Below, piece after piece: positions 39,801-54,300 of a stretch of 64,000 nucleotides of DNA; position 1 is the stretch's first letter, and every line of letters begins with the position of its first letter. This stretch comes from Lytechinus pictus (Eukaryota): contig NC_087259.1 of NCBI RefSeq assembly GCF_037042905.1, positions 30,814,001 through 30,878,000 on the forward strand. The letters run 5' to 3'. The position numbers were made by a program, and so were the translations under genes. The notes below the pieces were generated by a model that was not told the origin of the DNA, did not search any database, and saw nothing but the letters and a program-made list of their open reading frames with translations.

Positions 39801-42800
39801 TTGCATGACCTATCCCTTTAAAATCTGATGAGCACTCCCCAGTAACTCTTGGCAGTGAACAATGCCAATTGAATGCTTAAATACTTTATTTTCACTATCT
39901 TAAACAAGAGGATAGGGAATGGGTATAATCCTCTGTTATCCCTCTCGAAATCCGTTCTGAGCTCTCTAAGCGGTTTTTTAGGAAGCTATCAATTGAGTAT
40001 CGCCTTCCCGACTGTAGGAAGAAGGAATCGTAGTAATGACAACTTTTGAATGACAGCAAATGAATTTTAACAGCAGCACCTTAATTCATTAAACATGTTA
40101 TGAATAGAAAGTAATGAGCGACTATTTTAAGCCACATAAATGGTGCCGTTTAAATGGCTGAGCATTTATTCATAAGATTATATTTATCACTGATCCTTGA
40201 TTTGATTTTTTTAATTGAATAGACATAAAAATATTAGCAGTTAACATTGACTGACTAATTGATTTGATTTATTTACCAACAATATTCACATGTTTACAGA
40301 TTATTTTAAAACAAATGACAAAAAAGTTACACAGATGAAACAAAAAAAAGTCAGGAGATATGGCTTACATTTCTATCCTCAGATGTGATATTAATTAAAT
40401 ATTCATGAATTTCCTTCTTCAAAATGATGATAATTCTATATCATATACTGATGTTCATATTCATAGTATAAATCTTCAAAGAAGGATGGGGAAATCTCAA
40501 CTGATTACGGTATTGGTGTTTTAACATTAATTCCAACATTCTATAAACCATTCCCCTCCTAAATAAACCAAGATAATAAAGTGCATAGATGAGAATGATA
40601 GCCAAGAATATATATTCCCATAGGAAGCCCTGCATCCACTGTGATAAGATCTATTCATCACCGATGCCAAGATTAGGGGAACATCTTTCCCACAACATTT
40701 TCACACGAAAGCTAACTTCAGAATTCAGATGATCTTCACTTACATTATCACTTGGCATGTGAGTAACCATATCAATATATTTTAATGCAATTCAAAATGT
40801 GTGTGGCATTGTTTTCCTGTATAACATTTTTAAAATAATTCTGCAAGTAAAACATGCTTTTAATTCAAAACACGTGATTAAAATTAGCTATTGTAGCTTT
40901 TAATATGCATTGCCTTCTTTAACTATCAGATCAATAAGATCAGACATTTTCTTAAAATGTCAATATCAGGTTTCCTATATTTCCTAGACAGTGAAGTAAC
41001 AGTATAGGGAGTGACAATTGGTTTAAGTTGTTAGAATTTATTTTCAATAAGTTATTTATACAGGGGAGAAAATGTTTTTTTAGGGCTATTTTTTCTTTAC
41101 ATAGGGGCAATTGCTGAAGTTTATTCAATTTCAAGGGCTACTTTTTTGCAATGCAATTATGAAGTAAATATCACTATTCTTCCATATATTTAGAATATCA
41201 CTTTTTCAAAATATTCTTGAATATTGTTTGTGTCAGATCTTAGGGTGATCTAGGATGGTCATCCCAAAGCATACAAATTAGTGCTGCAAGTCAGGTGGCA
41301 TGTTCGGGTTCGGTTCGGCAGGGTTCGGCAATTTTTTTCCGAACTTTGGTTCGGTTCGGGGTTCGGCTATTAATGCCAAAATTAAACTATTAACATAAAA
41401 TAAAGAAATGCCGACCCTCGAACAGATAATATTGACAAAGATCTGTCATATATTTATAATAAATTTTGTTTCTAAAAAGAATAGTTATAAAAATTGTTGC
41501 ATAACTTTCTTTTATTTATTTTAATCTTTAAACAAAAATAAGAGTCATTTCTACTTTCATTTCTAAAATGAAATAAAAAAAACAGAGAAAAAATATTGAT
41601 GAGAGAATCAGGACAGAAATGGAATTACAAAGATCATATTTTTTTTTCATGATTATTTCATGTAGCTATGATCATGATCGATTACAATGTCATTGCAAAC
41701 GCTGCACGCAGCTTCTCCGATTGGAAATTGTTGATCGAGAATGTCGAAACAGTAGACAAACAACCTCCACTCAACTGTTATTATACTGGTAAAATTCACA
41801 TTCCAAAGAATATGAAATGTTTTAGAAAGTCCCTATTTTCTGAAAAGTGGTTAAATCTGGTCAATCAATTACTTTAAAAAGATAAAATATCAGTCTATTC
41901 TTGGTCCAGAAAGATTGACGCTACGTGACTTCAAACATATTTCCAACACGAAAAGTGTATTTTAGTGTTGTGAAATCACTCGGCGTTGATCTTCAGAACC
42001 AAGATGGAACTGACAATTTATCATTTCATTTTCAGTAATTGACCAGATTAAACCACTTTTTAAAAAATATTGACAATGGAAAAACGTTTCTAATTCGGAA
42101 TACAAATTTTACCTGTATAATAGCAACTGAGAGCAGGTTGTTCGGACTTCCTGTTTCAACTTTCCTTACCAACCATTTCCAGAACGCGATCAGGGAACAT
42201 GCGTTGATTCGGTTTGAATTTTTATCTTTTCTGTTTTTTCTACCCTCATTCCTTCATCTCTTATTTATTTATCTTTTATCTTAATATGAAAATTTCAGAA
42301 GGTGAAATATACTTTACCATTACTTTGTCTGTCACAAGGAATTAATTTATGTATTGTCTTTTTCTTTTTTTAAATACAGAACAATTACATGTACATCCGA
42401 TTACAATCACGATCGATTACAGCAATACACAATTCAACTACACTTTTGAACTGTGTTTAGCTTAAAATGTTCCTACATTTTATGAAGAAAAAAATTAATT
42501 CATGTTTATAAAAATATTGAAACTATAAATTCAATCAAAGACGAGACCGAAGCTGTCATACTTTGTCATTTATGAAGAATGAATTTATGTCTGATCCTTT
42601 TCTTTATTAAATACAAAATATTTAGGTCCGATTACGACAATGTGTAATTAATCACACTTTTATACCGAGTTTAGCAACAAATGTCCCCTCATTTTATCAA
42701 GAAATAATATATTCATGTTAATAAAATATTCTTAAGTTGATAACAGTTCAATCAAAGATGAGATGGGAGCTTTCATAGTGGATTTTAAAAATATTTTGGG

Positions 42801-45800
42801 TGGAATTCTTATTGTGCACAATCACTAACCAATAATTTTTTTTTATATTTTACACTTAAGTCTATGTAGTCCCCGCTGTTATGTATTTAAATAGCTATAT
42901 CAATGTGCCTTTTTTTTTTACCGAACCACCGAACCAGGCCTTTGCGTTCGGTTCGGTCCGGTTCGGAAGTGCCAAGTTCCGCGAACTTCCGTTCGGTTCG
43001 GCAGTTCGGCTACAGCACTAATACAAATTAGGGGAATTTTAGGGCAATTTGGGCCGTCATGAGGGCAAAATCACTGTTGACACTAATGTATTTTGTAAAC
43101 CCTGTAATATTGGCTTTATTCTATTGTACCACATCATACTCAACTTGTTAAATCTGAAAGGGATATATCAATAAACAATTTCACAATTTTTTGTTATAGG
43201 GAAATATATTTTGATGACGTATAATACAGATCAGGAGTTTAATTTACAGCGAAAAGCTGCACCATTACAAAAGCAATGAACTACATTCCCTTAGGGACAA
43301 CCAAATTGAAACATGATCATTATTACTACAATATTTCACAAAACTATTTAACAGATTCTTGATTAGATTGTAGATTATACAAGGATTATAGGAAGTTATG
43401 GCCAGACTTGGCGTAGGTTTAGCGCCAAGCCGGCAATTATTTGGCAACGATTGAGACGTCTTCCTGACTAGAGCTAAGTTTGGACTGATTCCTTGGGAAT
43501 ACTTCGGTTCATTGAACATCAGGAGTGCGTGTTGTCAGGTAAAACATGCCCTGTTGGCTAAATTGTAGTCAAAAGTTTTTACACGATTTAAAGTTAACAT
43601 GAGATACATCCTGACATTGTGTTTTAACATGCTAGTCATTGTCCCATGCTTACAGGTAAAGAGCTGTTACTTGGTAAGTGAAGATAGATGGGACTAAAGA
43701 TAAGTGCAACTTAAGCAGCAAAACAATCAAATTTTATGGGTTATCTGGCACCAATGGAAACAATTATGTAGGTTTTCTATTCCAAATATTGCCTTTTTTG
43801 TGCACTTTCACAATAAAATGAATTGTGGTGTAGTGGTTCTAGCCCATGCTATGAACCAAAAGGTTACAAGTTTGAATTTCTGTCATGGCATTAATCTTCT
43901 TCAGCACAGGAAGTATTCACACTGAGCTGCACTCTACCCAGGTGAGGTAAATGGGTACCTGGCAAGGTTCGTTCCTGAAAATGCTTGTGCACTGTAAAAG
44001 ATTACCAAGCTAAAGCTTAGGTATTCCTATTCAAGTCCTTTGGAAGCATATACATGTAGATGTTATATAAAAAGTGATATACAACCAATTTTTTTCAAAA
44101 CCATATTTATAATCCATCATGTCCAGGGATCTCTCTCTGATCTTACCCAGTTTCTAGGGATTCTTTTTTTTAGTGGCTCAGTAGGGTGGTACACCCCTGT
44201 ATATCATATCTGGGAGTGCCCCCGCCCTTTCTGGGAGTGCCCCACCCCTCTCCTTGGGAGTGCCCTATCCCTTCTCAGGGGTACATCATTGACTTACTTG
44301 AATGTGAACTGTTCACCCCAGAAGACCATATCATTACGGTGTTTGGGTGTGGTCCTGGCATAGAGACTGTCATCTAAACAGATCTCACAGAAGTACCTAA
44401 GAACAAGAAGGACATACAGTAAGTAGGTTAAAATGATAATGTTAACATTGAACATGGCAGGATGGGGAACTAACCATTGATGCAAGAACTCAATATAATC
44501 AAGAAATTGAAGCCCCTCGATAAATTAGGGAGTATTTCACATTTCAGCAACTATAAAAAAAAAATAATAATCATATGAAGCTCATATGAGAACAATTTTA
44601 ATTTTAAAAAGGTGTCTATCTTGTTTTTAATTAACTGTAATCCAAACTGTAAAAATACTGTACACATTTAACCATGCATAAATATGCTAGCTAATTTGCT
44701 GCTGAAAAAAATAAAGTAAAAGGAAACAACCAAAGGCAAAAATGGTGTGCAATATTAAGATACATTGAACAAAATTAACAAAGGAAACATGAGATTAATT
44801 GAAGAGTCTAATCATAAATACTTTACTACAAAGGCTTTTAATATTGACAATGGTATTCGTGCCGTACAAGACATATCTATGTAAACATAAAATTACATAG
44901 AATAGGTAGATTGCAGATTGATAGATATATGATCGCTAGCATTTAGGCAAATGTAACAAACCAATTTGCAATGAACTTTTAAAAACATATGAGAGGTACT
45001 CTGAGGGTTGCACTATCATCACATGACATCTATTAAAAAAAATCAAAAGTAAAAAAGCAAATTTGCTGACAGACACAAACAAATAATAAATAGAAAAAAC
45101 AAAACCTTCATTGTTTTTTAAATAGATATTTCTCATATTAATTCCTTATAATAAAATATATTTTTGGTTCAAAAATAACCAACCCTAGATTACAAAAATA
45201 TAGGCCTACACAAACAACATTATTATCTGCTTCATCAAATTTAAACTACACTCTGTATCATTACGATGAAGTACATCCATGGATTACAAATGGACTCTAT
45301 TGCCAATTTGAATCAATATATCAATCTCTGTATACCACTCAGCTATCATTTAATAACACCACTTCTTCAAATAATATTACCAGACTTGTATCATAAACAA
45401 ATTTCTCAGCACAATTTACTTTCTCCATCTATCCTATTACTCAGCCATATAAACACTTCCCTACTGTGTTAATATGTTTGCATTGATTTTTGTGTCTAAC
45501 TCGTCTGTTTGCGTGCGGTATTGTTTTAAGCAGTGCGAGCTCTTATGATATTGACAAGGCGGTATGAACGTGAGATATTCTAACTATGCACAGTATGAGT
45601 CATCAGTGTAAGTGCAATGTGCATGATGTAGATCAGGTAGCCATTTACACCTGGAGGAATATAAATCTAGGCAATGTACAAAACATCTATGGTGGAAAGA
45701 AACAGACAATGACAACAAATTTCTTCAACATTTTGGAAAGCCTTGTTTTTCATTGTGTAAACAGATAATTTGCAAAGTTTCTCTCTAAAATGGTGGATGA

Positions 45801-48341
45801 ATATCACCATATTGGATAAGAAGTGGAAGTATTTTTCTTCCAGACTAGTTTATGTTTAGGCTTATTCATTGGAAAATCACCAGATTTGTTCAGCAATCAT
45901 AAAATAGATTTCCTTTTATCAATATAAGTTGATTAGAAAGGACTCCCAAACTAGAATAAAAATAATATTCAACAAAAAAACCCAAAACAAATATACCTAC
46001 AAAAAGTGAAACCTTTTTAACTTCCGATATCCAAGTTTCCCCCAATAGTTAATTGTTGTGTAGATTCATGTTTCCATACACACTACACAGCAGGTATAAA
46101 ATAAACTATGCTCGGCTGAAATGGGAATGCACTGTGTATGATGGAAATCTATGAAGTGCTACCGTGCACCCGATGTATGGCAAACAATTGCCTACGCAAA
46201 AAACAGATGATGACTAAAAGTAATGATTAATGGGTTTTGAGTTCTGCTTGAACTGAGCGCATTCCCAATGGTGGATTCAATGAAATTCAAATTTAAATTG
46301 TTAACCCTTTCAGTGCTAAAACTAATGCAGACACATACCAAAAGAATAAGATTTCATGATTCAAAATATTATTAATGCTCTAAATATAAGACACATACAT
46401 GCATAAAATGTACAATAAAAAAATTCTTGATATGTTTATTACAAATCCATAAATAATCATTTTCCACAATGTTTTTTTTTTCAGTATATGACCATTTTTC
46501 TTTACAAACTAACAAACAAATCTATAAAAAAACCTAGTTCTTATAATAACAATGAAAAAAACTCAGAATATTTCAGCTTCATTGAGTGAGTTAGCACATA
46601 CAAAACAAATACGAGAATACAACAATATCAAGCTAATTTTATACACCATGTTTAATTTTAACTTATTTCCTCCTAAACTTGCAACCCAGTGGTCTGCTAT
46701 AATTTCATTCACTAGACTATTAATATGTAAGATTACAAATAACACAAGATTAATAAATATCATCAACATATGTCATTACAGTGCATGAATGACTGTGCAA
46801 TAATGTTATCAAATATTAGTCAAAACATAAACTTGTTTCTTTCATGAGTAATTTAACATCAAATGATCCAAATCTACACCCACAATATAAGTAATAAACT
46901 GAATGTGTAAAGCTATCATGACAGAACAGATGTTATCAGGTAAAAATTGTGCAAGTCAGTTTAAGACGTTTTCATTTGAGGGTATTTGTAATGTCAGGAT
47001 GAATCCTAAATGATACTAAAATCATACAATATCCTCTAAGTAGCAAATGTTATCTGTTTCTCAATTGGTTATAGTTGATATTTTATTATAAAACTATGGA
47101 TGATGGATATCAACATTTTTTAAATTATCTTTAAAATGAACATGAACTAAATATTTGTTAAATCCCAAATAAAACTCCTGCAAAACGACAAAAAAGGATT
47201 TTTCTCAATAAAAAAAAATGATGCCTCCCTATAAAACCCTCTCTTCTAGTCAACCATGCCCCTTCTCTATGCTCTATCCTAATAATATCAATTTGATTTA
47301 TGTTTTATTATTTATCACCCACACACAAACCAACCAAATATATGTTTAACCTCAAAATGATCAATATCTAAAACTTTATGTAATTAAAATATTTAATTAG
47401 CCAGGAAGTACAATAAATATCTAGTACAATAAATATCTAGCAAAATAAAACCAACAGACAGATTGTGGTAATCATAATCATTTAAAACCTTGTAATACTC
47501 TTTACTTCTTCAAATATTCACCTTGAAAACTACCAAATTAGTAAATAATCAAAAATTATTTGACCTACATGTAAAACTTGTAGGTATTTATCCTGTAACT
47601 AAGTGTAGCAAGGGAACATTTTTTGCTTAAAACAAATACACAAATAACCAAATAACATGGAATAAAAGATGCATACTAAACTAAAGGTGACAGCTTGCGG
47701 TATGATCTTGCATGATATATTCACAAATATTACAATTGTCACAATTCTTGAACAATATATGGATAGAATGAAGGATACTGCTGTATGTGAATAAGTGTAG
47801 ATATGTGAAATTGTTTTATTTTTTAAAAAATATATCTACTTACTCTCGTCCATCCCAACTGTGGCAATATTTTTTTGTGAAACAATAAAATATGAATTAT
47901 TCAAAATCTGATGAGCGAAGCAAAGCTCAAAAGGGAGAGGCTTAATACACGCACATATGCTTAACCCCCCACCCCCTAGAATATATTATTTGTTAAAATT
48001 CATTTTTAGCATGATAAAAAGCAAACACACTGTAGAAGGGTAGAAATCCTGTTTGTTTTCTATATAAATGTTGCATATAGTTATGAGTACATGTAGCAGG
48101 GTGTTGCTTAATTTTGCTTTCAATATTGGGCAGTTCCATAAAATATGTGTGAGCGGCATATTTGTGAAACAATTTCCAGTTTTCTCTTTCATATGGAATA
48201 CTCATGGTTTGAGCAGTCCATGACATGAAATAAATATGGGAGCTGTACAAAACATTGATTTTATGGAATTGCCCCGTTATGACATTAAATAAATGACAAT
48301 ATTAAAATGTTATTTGAATATTATTGAAAGGGCTGCATTGA

Positions 48342-48378
<37 letters not shown>

Positions 48379-51300
48379 GTAACAGCTGCTTATTTTATAA
48401 GGGTCACTGGATATGTAATTATTATACTAATATATCATTAGTAATTGTAATTATCAGGATTACTTTAAAAAATACTAGATCCACTTAATGCATAATCATA
48501 TTTTATTTTCAACTAGTTTTCATAGAATCAGCAAGGTAGATAGAGGAAAGTTGGAAGTTACAGGACGATGATTAAATGCATCTTTACTCACTTTTTCTTT
48601 TGAGGGATGTTCTTTGCCTCCACCACCCATATGTTGAGAGATGAGTCTGTTCTCCTTCTCTCATCTTTGTCTGGATAATGTGCACTTAGTATACTGAGAA
48701 GAGATAAAAGAGAATGAGCATCACTGACAAAGTAAAAATCACATCATTCAATACTAAAATTAAAATATCATTCTTAATGGAAGGGGAGGGGTGGCAATAG
48801 CACATGACACTCTAAAATTTCAAGGATTTAAATTTATCTGAGCATTGATGTATAGGGATAACCCAAACATTGGATTGATTTTTAATCACAAATGATTTAA
48901 AAAGTCAAATCTTTTTAACTCTTAGATTCAAATCTACATGGTTCAAATCCAAATCTTATGTTCAGCAGGTCACTATTCACAGCTGCTCTAGATTTATTTA
49001 AATTCCTTGAAATTTAAAGAGTAGAAGTATACATGGGATATAAACAAACACTAACAGCATACATCCCAAGCACATGAACTAGACTATCTGACCACCCTAA
49101 ACAAACTAAAAGAGTCTAATTAATAGGTTGAGGTCCTTCCTATAAAGCACACCACATAAAGTTCACTTCCATACCTTAAGTACACAGGAAACAATTCAAA
49201 TTTCCTCAAGGTTATTTGACATTAGGATGTTCTAGTCTTGGAGCCTTAACACCCATTTCTTTGATGCAGCATGTGAATGCTGACTAGTGTTGAGTTGATT
49301 TGCATAATTATACTACTTTAATACACATTTTAACTATTTAAATATTTGATACTGTTTACTTGATTACCATATTTTTTACTTCTTTACTTTATTTACAGAT
49401 CCTCCTACCACTGTTCCCTGAAATTTTTACTTTGTAATTTTTTTGTTTTATGTTTTCTTTGTAGTGCACCTACAATATTGTTGTAATATTTTCTGTTTTA
49501 AAAATTGTTGCATCAATAACTGAAATGAAGTTATTTTGATAAAATTCATGTACGTACAATGTTGAGCCATTATAAACAAAAAAGTCAACCACTCAAGAAA
49601 ACAAAGTTTCTTTCCTTAAAAGATATTTCTTTCCTTGATGATGTCATAACTGTTATCCATTTCTGTTTGACATTTTCTCTACAGCAAGGCAATATGATTA
49701 GCATAGTTAGCACTTTTAGAAACGTACGTCGACATAGACGACTGATACGAGATGACGTCATTTTTTGGCGTTCCATATGCCTCAGGTCCTCACACACGTC
49801 CACTATCAGAATCAAGAACCTCGCCACATCCATTTTGCAGTTCTCCTAAATCATAGTCGACGTGCACGTGAGTGACGTCATTTTAACCATTCAAGCCCAG
49901 CATGAAGATCAACCTTTCCCTTTTAAAACACAGTTTTCAGTGACTCTTCACAAAATTAATGTAAGTTGTATGATGCATTATGTTTATCATATTTGAAATT
50001 ACTCCAAAATATATATCGATATATATCCTAACTCGTGTAAAAAGGAATCAAAGCAAGTTGCACCTTCGCATCACCCGACCGGGTCGCCTGGTACCCCATA
50101 TCTTCCGGGTCGGGCAGCGTGTCATGACCCGCTGATTATCGTGCTGTTTCATGTGGACGCACGTACAAGTCGGGTGAAATCTAAAATATTCGCATCTGTA
50201 GTGAACAAGGGCAGACGACGACTTTGACTCGAACGATCAGAGGACTGCTACGTCGTTCTCGTTCACTGCTCCTAAAACTCTCTAGTGATAAAACCCACTG
50301 GATTTGTTTGTTGACACTTAGGGGGGTATTTTTAGCGAAGTCAACTACCTCTCTCTTTCTCCCTGCCCGGTAATTTACTGTCTTATACTACATGTAGATG
50401 CCACATACAAGGACGCAACAATCCGCTTGCCCAATTAAACATATCACGCACATAGTTGATTGATTACATATCGGAATAGTGGGGAAATGGTTGGGTCTAA
50501 AAAGAATGCCTCATTCTTTCCTGGGAATAACTGGGACATTGAAGGACAATTAGTGAAGTCCGCAGTCCTTTTCGGTGCCAAAATTGAGGAAATGTTGATT
50601 ATTTTACGTATTGCACATTTCAATGGACTTTATGCAATAGCTGCATATTTCAATTTCGTCTTTACCTTTTATTGAAGGAGTGGCTGTGACTGCAATTGTA
50701 CTTTTTAGGTCAGAATGAACATGGACATGTATCTGCTCCATTATTTTTATCAGTTTACTACCAAAGCAAGTGAGTAAGTACATTGACAGGTCATTGAACC
50801 AAAATGGGATTCATTCATTTGCAGAAAAAAAGATTGAGAGAGGGTGGGGGGGGGGGGGAGATGATAAGCTAATACAAATTGTGATTTCAATCTCCAATTG
50901 TTTTCAACATTTGAAAATTCCCTCTTTCTACATCCATGATACACCTGGGTCTAGTGTGGCTAATACAGAAGTCCCACCACCAAAGGGCTTTTGTCTACAG
51001 TCATTTCACATGCAGCTGTGAAATGTAGATGACAATATTATTGATATCAAGGCAAATGATATCAAGGCAATCAAGGCATTGCTTTGTCATTAAACTCATG
51101 TAGTGTGTGAGAAAGATTGATGAAGGAATACAACAAACGGAGGAAATTCAGTCAAATCTTGCCTGTCATCAGCATCTATTCTGGTCAGTAAAGCACGCCC
51201 TCCCCCCTCCTCTAATCCTCAACCTACACTCAAATTGGCAATATCCTCTTCACAGTAATGTGCTTAACTGTGCCGTTACTTCTCACTCCTTTAAACTTGT

Positions 51301-54300
51301 TCTTCTAATTACCCTTCAGATCCCATGAATGTTTCAGAAATAGCTACTGTGCATATATAAATGACCCTTGTGGAGACAAACGCTGGAAGAACAGACCTTT
51401 TCATTGGAATCCCTCCCACTCTTTCCTGTTGTTCAAACTGATATGGCTTCAGCTTTTGGTCCAATGATGCATTCCCCTTTTCCCAAGTAACAGATACATG
51501 TAAACCTAAATATCACCAACCTTTACAGCACTAAAAATGTACACATTTTTCTTTTGTTGTTGAATGGGATTGACTAAATCTGCAAAGACCTAGAATACTG
51601 ATAGTTGTAGTTCAACTTGAAAAAGCCACAATTTTTAAGAGTTGCAAGCTCCAATGTACTAATGAGAAGAAAAAATCAAAATGATTGATAACTTTTGAAC
51701 AATTATAAAGTCTTGATCACTGATTTTGGTGAATAATTGTGGTACCACAAGGATACGTTTTGGGACCTCATCTAGTCTCAACAACTAGGATATGGATGTG
51801 GTCCAAGGTTGAGGGATATGTGATACCATAAAAATTTCATAAATGTAAACCATTTCAACTACCTGCTTAAAAGAACATAGCCCAAGAGACTTCATCTTAT
51901 CTAGTCACAACTGCTGGATACCTTAATTGATATACTCCAGACCTTAGTAAGGTGTGGTACCACAAGGATAGTTTGTTGAACCATTTTTTAGGATACACAT
52001 GATATATAGAATACCTTTCTATCCATTTGTCTCTCTCGCTTGATGAGCGGCAGGAGTAGTACTTGCTTCCTAGTGAGGTCTTGATCTGAAAACAATGGTC
52101 CTGTCCAAGGATGCTGGAATGGAGAGGACGGACCACCAGGTCATTGCCAGCGAGGTCAATGACATCTAACGATGACTGCGGACCCAAGTTGAGGGACTCA
52201 TGTGACCGTGAGGATTTGACGTGGGACCCGAACATGGTGGGGCTGCAGAGGAGGAAAAGGAAATAGAAAAAAAAAATGAAAGTTCTACTTGTAACTCAAC
52301 AATGACTGTGATTCTAAAGAAGATATTGATCATATCCAATGTATTTCCCTTGCCAATGAAACAGTATCTGGGTGAGTGTGAACTACAACTATCATACAAT
52401 ACCACTCTATTCAATATGAAATACAAGAACATAATTGGTGACATACTCAAACATTAGCATTGAAGAGCAGTCAGTCAACTTCATGCTGTTTCTTCCACAG
52501 TACAAATATTTTTTAATGATTTTTATCAACGTTTATTCACGACAACAGTAACCTGTGAGCTTTGCCACAGCATGTCCAGCTATAAATACCCCTTGCGGGT
52601 ATGGCTTCTTAGGACTGAAATGAGAATTACGTCAAGGTTTATTCCAAGACATGAAGCAGCGTGTGTCAAGACAATACAACAAGCATTCCTACTCTGGAAA
52701 ACCAGTTTGTGATTTGAGGATGAGCAAATGATTAACGACAGCTGGTATGTACCACATAGCAAAGGAGTCAGGGCTTCTGAAAGACTAATGTCAGACAAGT
52801 CTTCCAAGCATCATACTTTCTGACTTCCCAAACTACAATTCAAAAGGAATGTATTTGAAAATAAATCAAGGAAAAATAGGATTTTGAACTTGTAATGAAC
52901 ATAGATTGATAATTATTGCCATTTCAAGTTTAATCTGTGCAAAAAAGAGACTTGAGAGATTCATAGTACACATAAACTATTTCAAACAAAATTGGGCATT
53001 GATATGAAACATCTTAAGCATAATATTATGCTATTAAGCATAAGAATGTTTGAAGAGTTGAAGACATTGGAAACATAATATAATGTGTTTATCAACCCGT
53101 AATAAATATTTACTGACTGCCATCACATTTCTATGACAAGGTGATGAATAATCTTTACAAAGAAAAATATCATCATGACAGAGTTTCCTATTAACCAGCT
53201 GAGTAGGCCTACAATAAGGTAGTGCTTGGAAGTATTCTGAATCTGTGCATCACACTTCATGTGAATGAAAAATTATGTTCCTTAAAATAACAAAAAGCTT
53301 GATAAAGTTTTAAAAATCTGATATTTTAAATGCTCTATTCATGCAAAATAACATGAATTGCCAAATCAATTAATCAATGGATAAAAAAATGGTCACTACA
53401 CTTTTCAATATAATTCCCATTACTGAACTTTTACCAAAGTAATAGACAGTATTTTACTGAGTTAGCCAAAGCACAAGGCTAGGGTGGTCCTTTCTACCCT
53501 TATATTTCCTGAAATTGGACCAGGTACTTTTTGTAAAGATGGGCCGTTATATAATGTTTCAGCTTTAATTACTGAAACAAAATATATCATAAGTATAAAG
53601 GTCATTAAACTTTATGAAGCAAAAGTTATATTTCCAACCAGATCTGATCAAAGTGATATACTTTATGAAAAGCTTTTTACAAATCTGAATACCGGTAATA
53701 CATGCTCTGATTTATTTTACTTGTACTACTCAAGAGCAAACGTAGGATGACCAGAAACCAAACATCAAAATTAATAAACGATATGAAAACAATGAGTCCA
53801 GATTGGCTATCACAAAATAACAGTAAACTTGGGTTTAGTGACTAATTGCTTGAATTGGAAAATCAGGAATGTGAAATAGAAGTCACAAACACAATTAGAC
53901 AGACCCCATGAATTCAATTGATAGCCAATCATCATTGCAAAACAGTCAGACTGCAGGTCCCAAGAAAGTGGCTTCTTTCATCCAAGTGATATTCATGACT
54001 TGAGATGTTTTGCATATTTAATGAGCTTGATGCGGACCAAAACACCTCTTTTCATTCGGTCATTGCTGCTCTAATTGTGCATCGAATTTCATGAATTTGG
54101 TACCATTGTAAAGAAGAAGAATCATTCTTTCAGGTCATGTGTTTGGATTTATTCAAAGATTTTGTAATATAGGTTAAAATTTTGATCTAAAATATGCTAC
54201 AAAATAAATATTTTTACCTGACAAAAGCTGCTATTTTCACACTTTATTTTTGTTTGAGCCCAAATGATTTTTATATCATGATAAAGCTGAATATGTATGC

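Noticed and set aside
47908-47935. CTGATGA hammerhead-like core (also ~8694, ~10123, ~39825)
   Set aside because: No correctly placed stem II plus GAAA and no stems I/III.
52580-52807. ORF with a phase-2 GT upstream of exon B
   Set aside because: TTG start only, weak donor, not protein-like.
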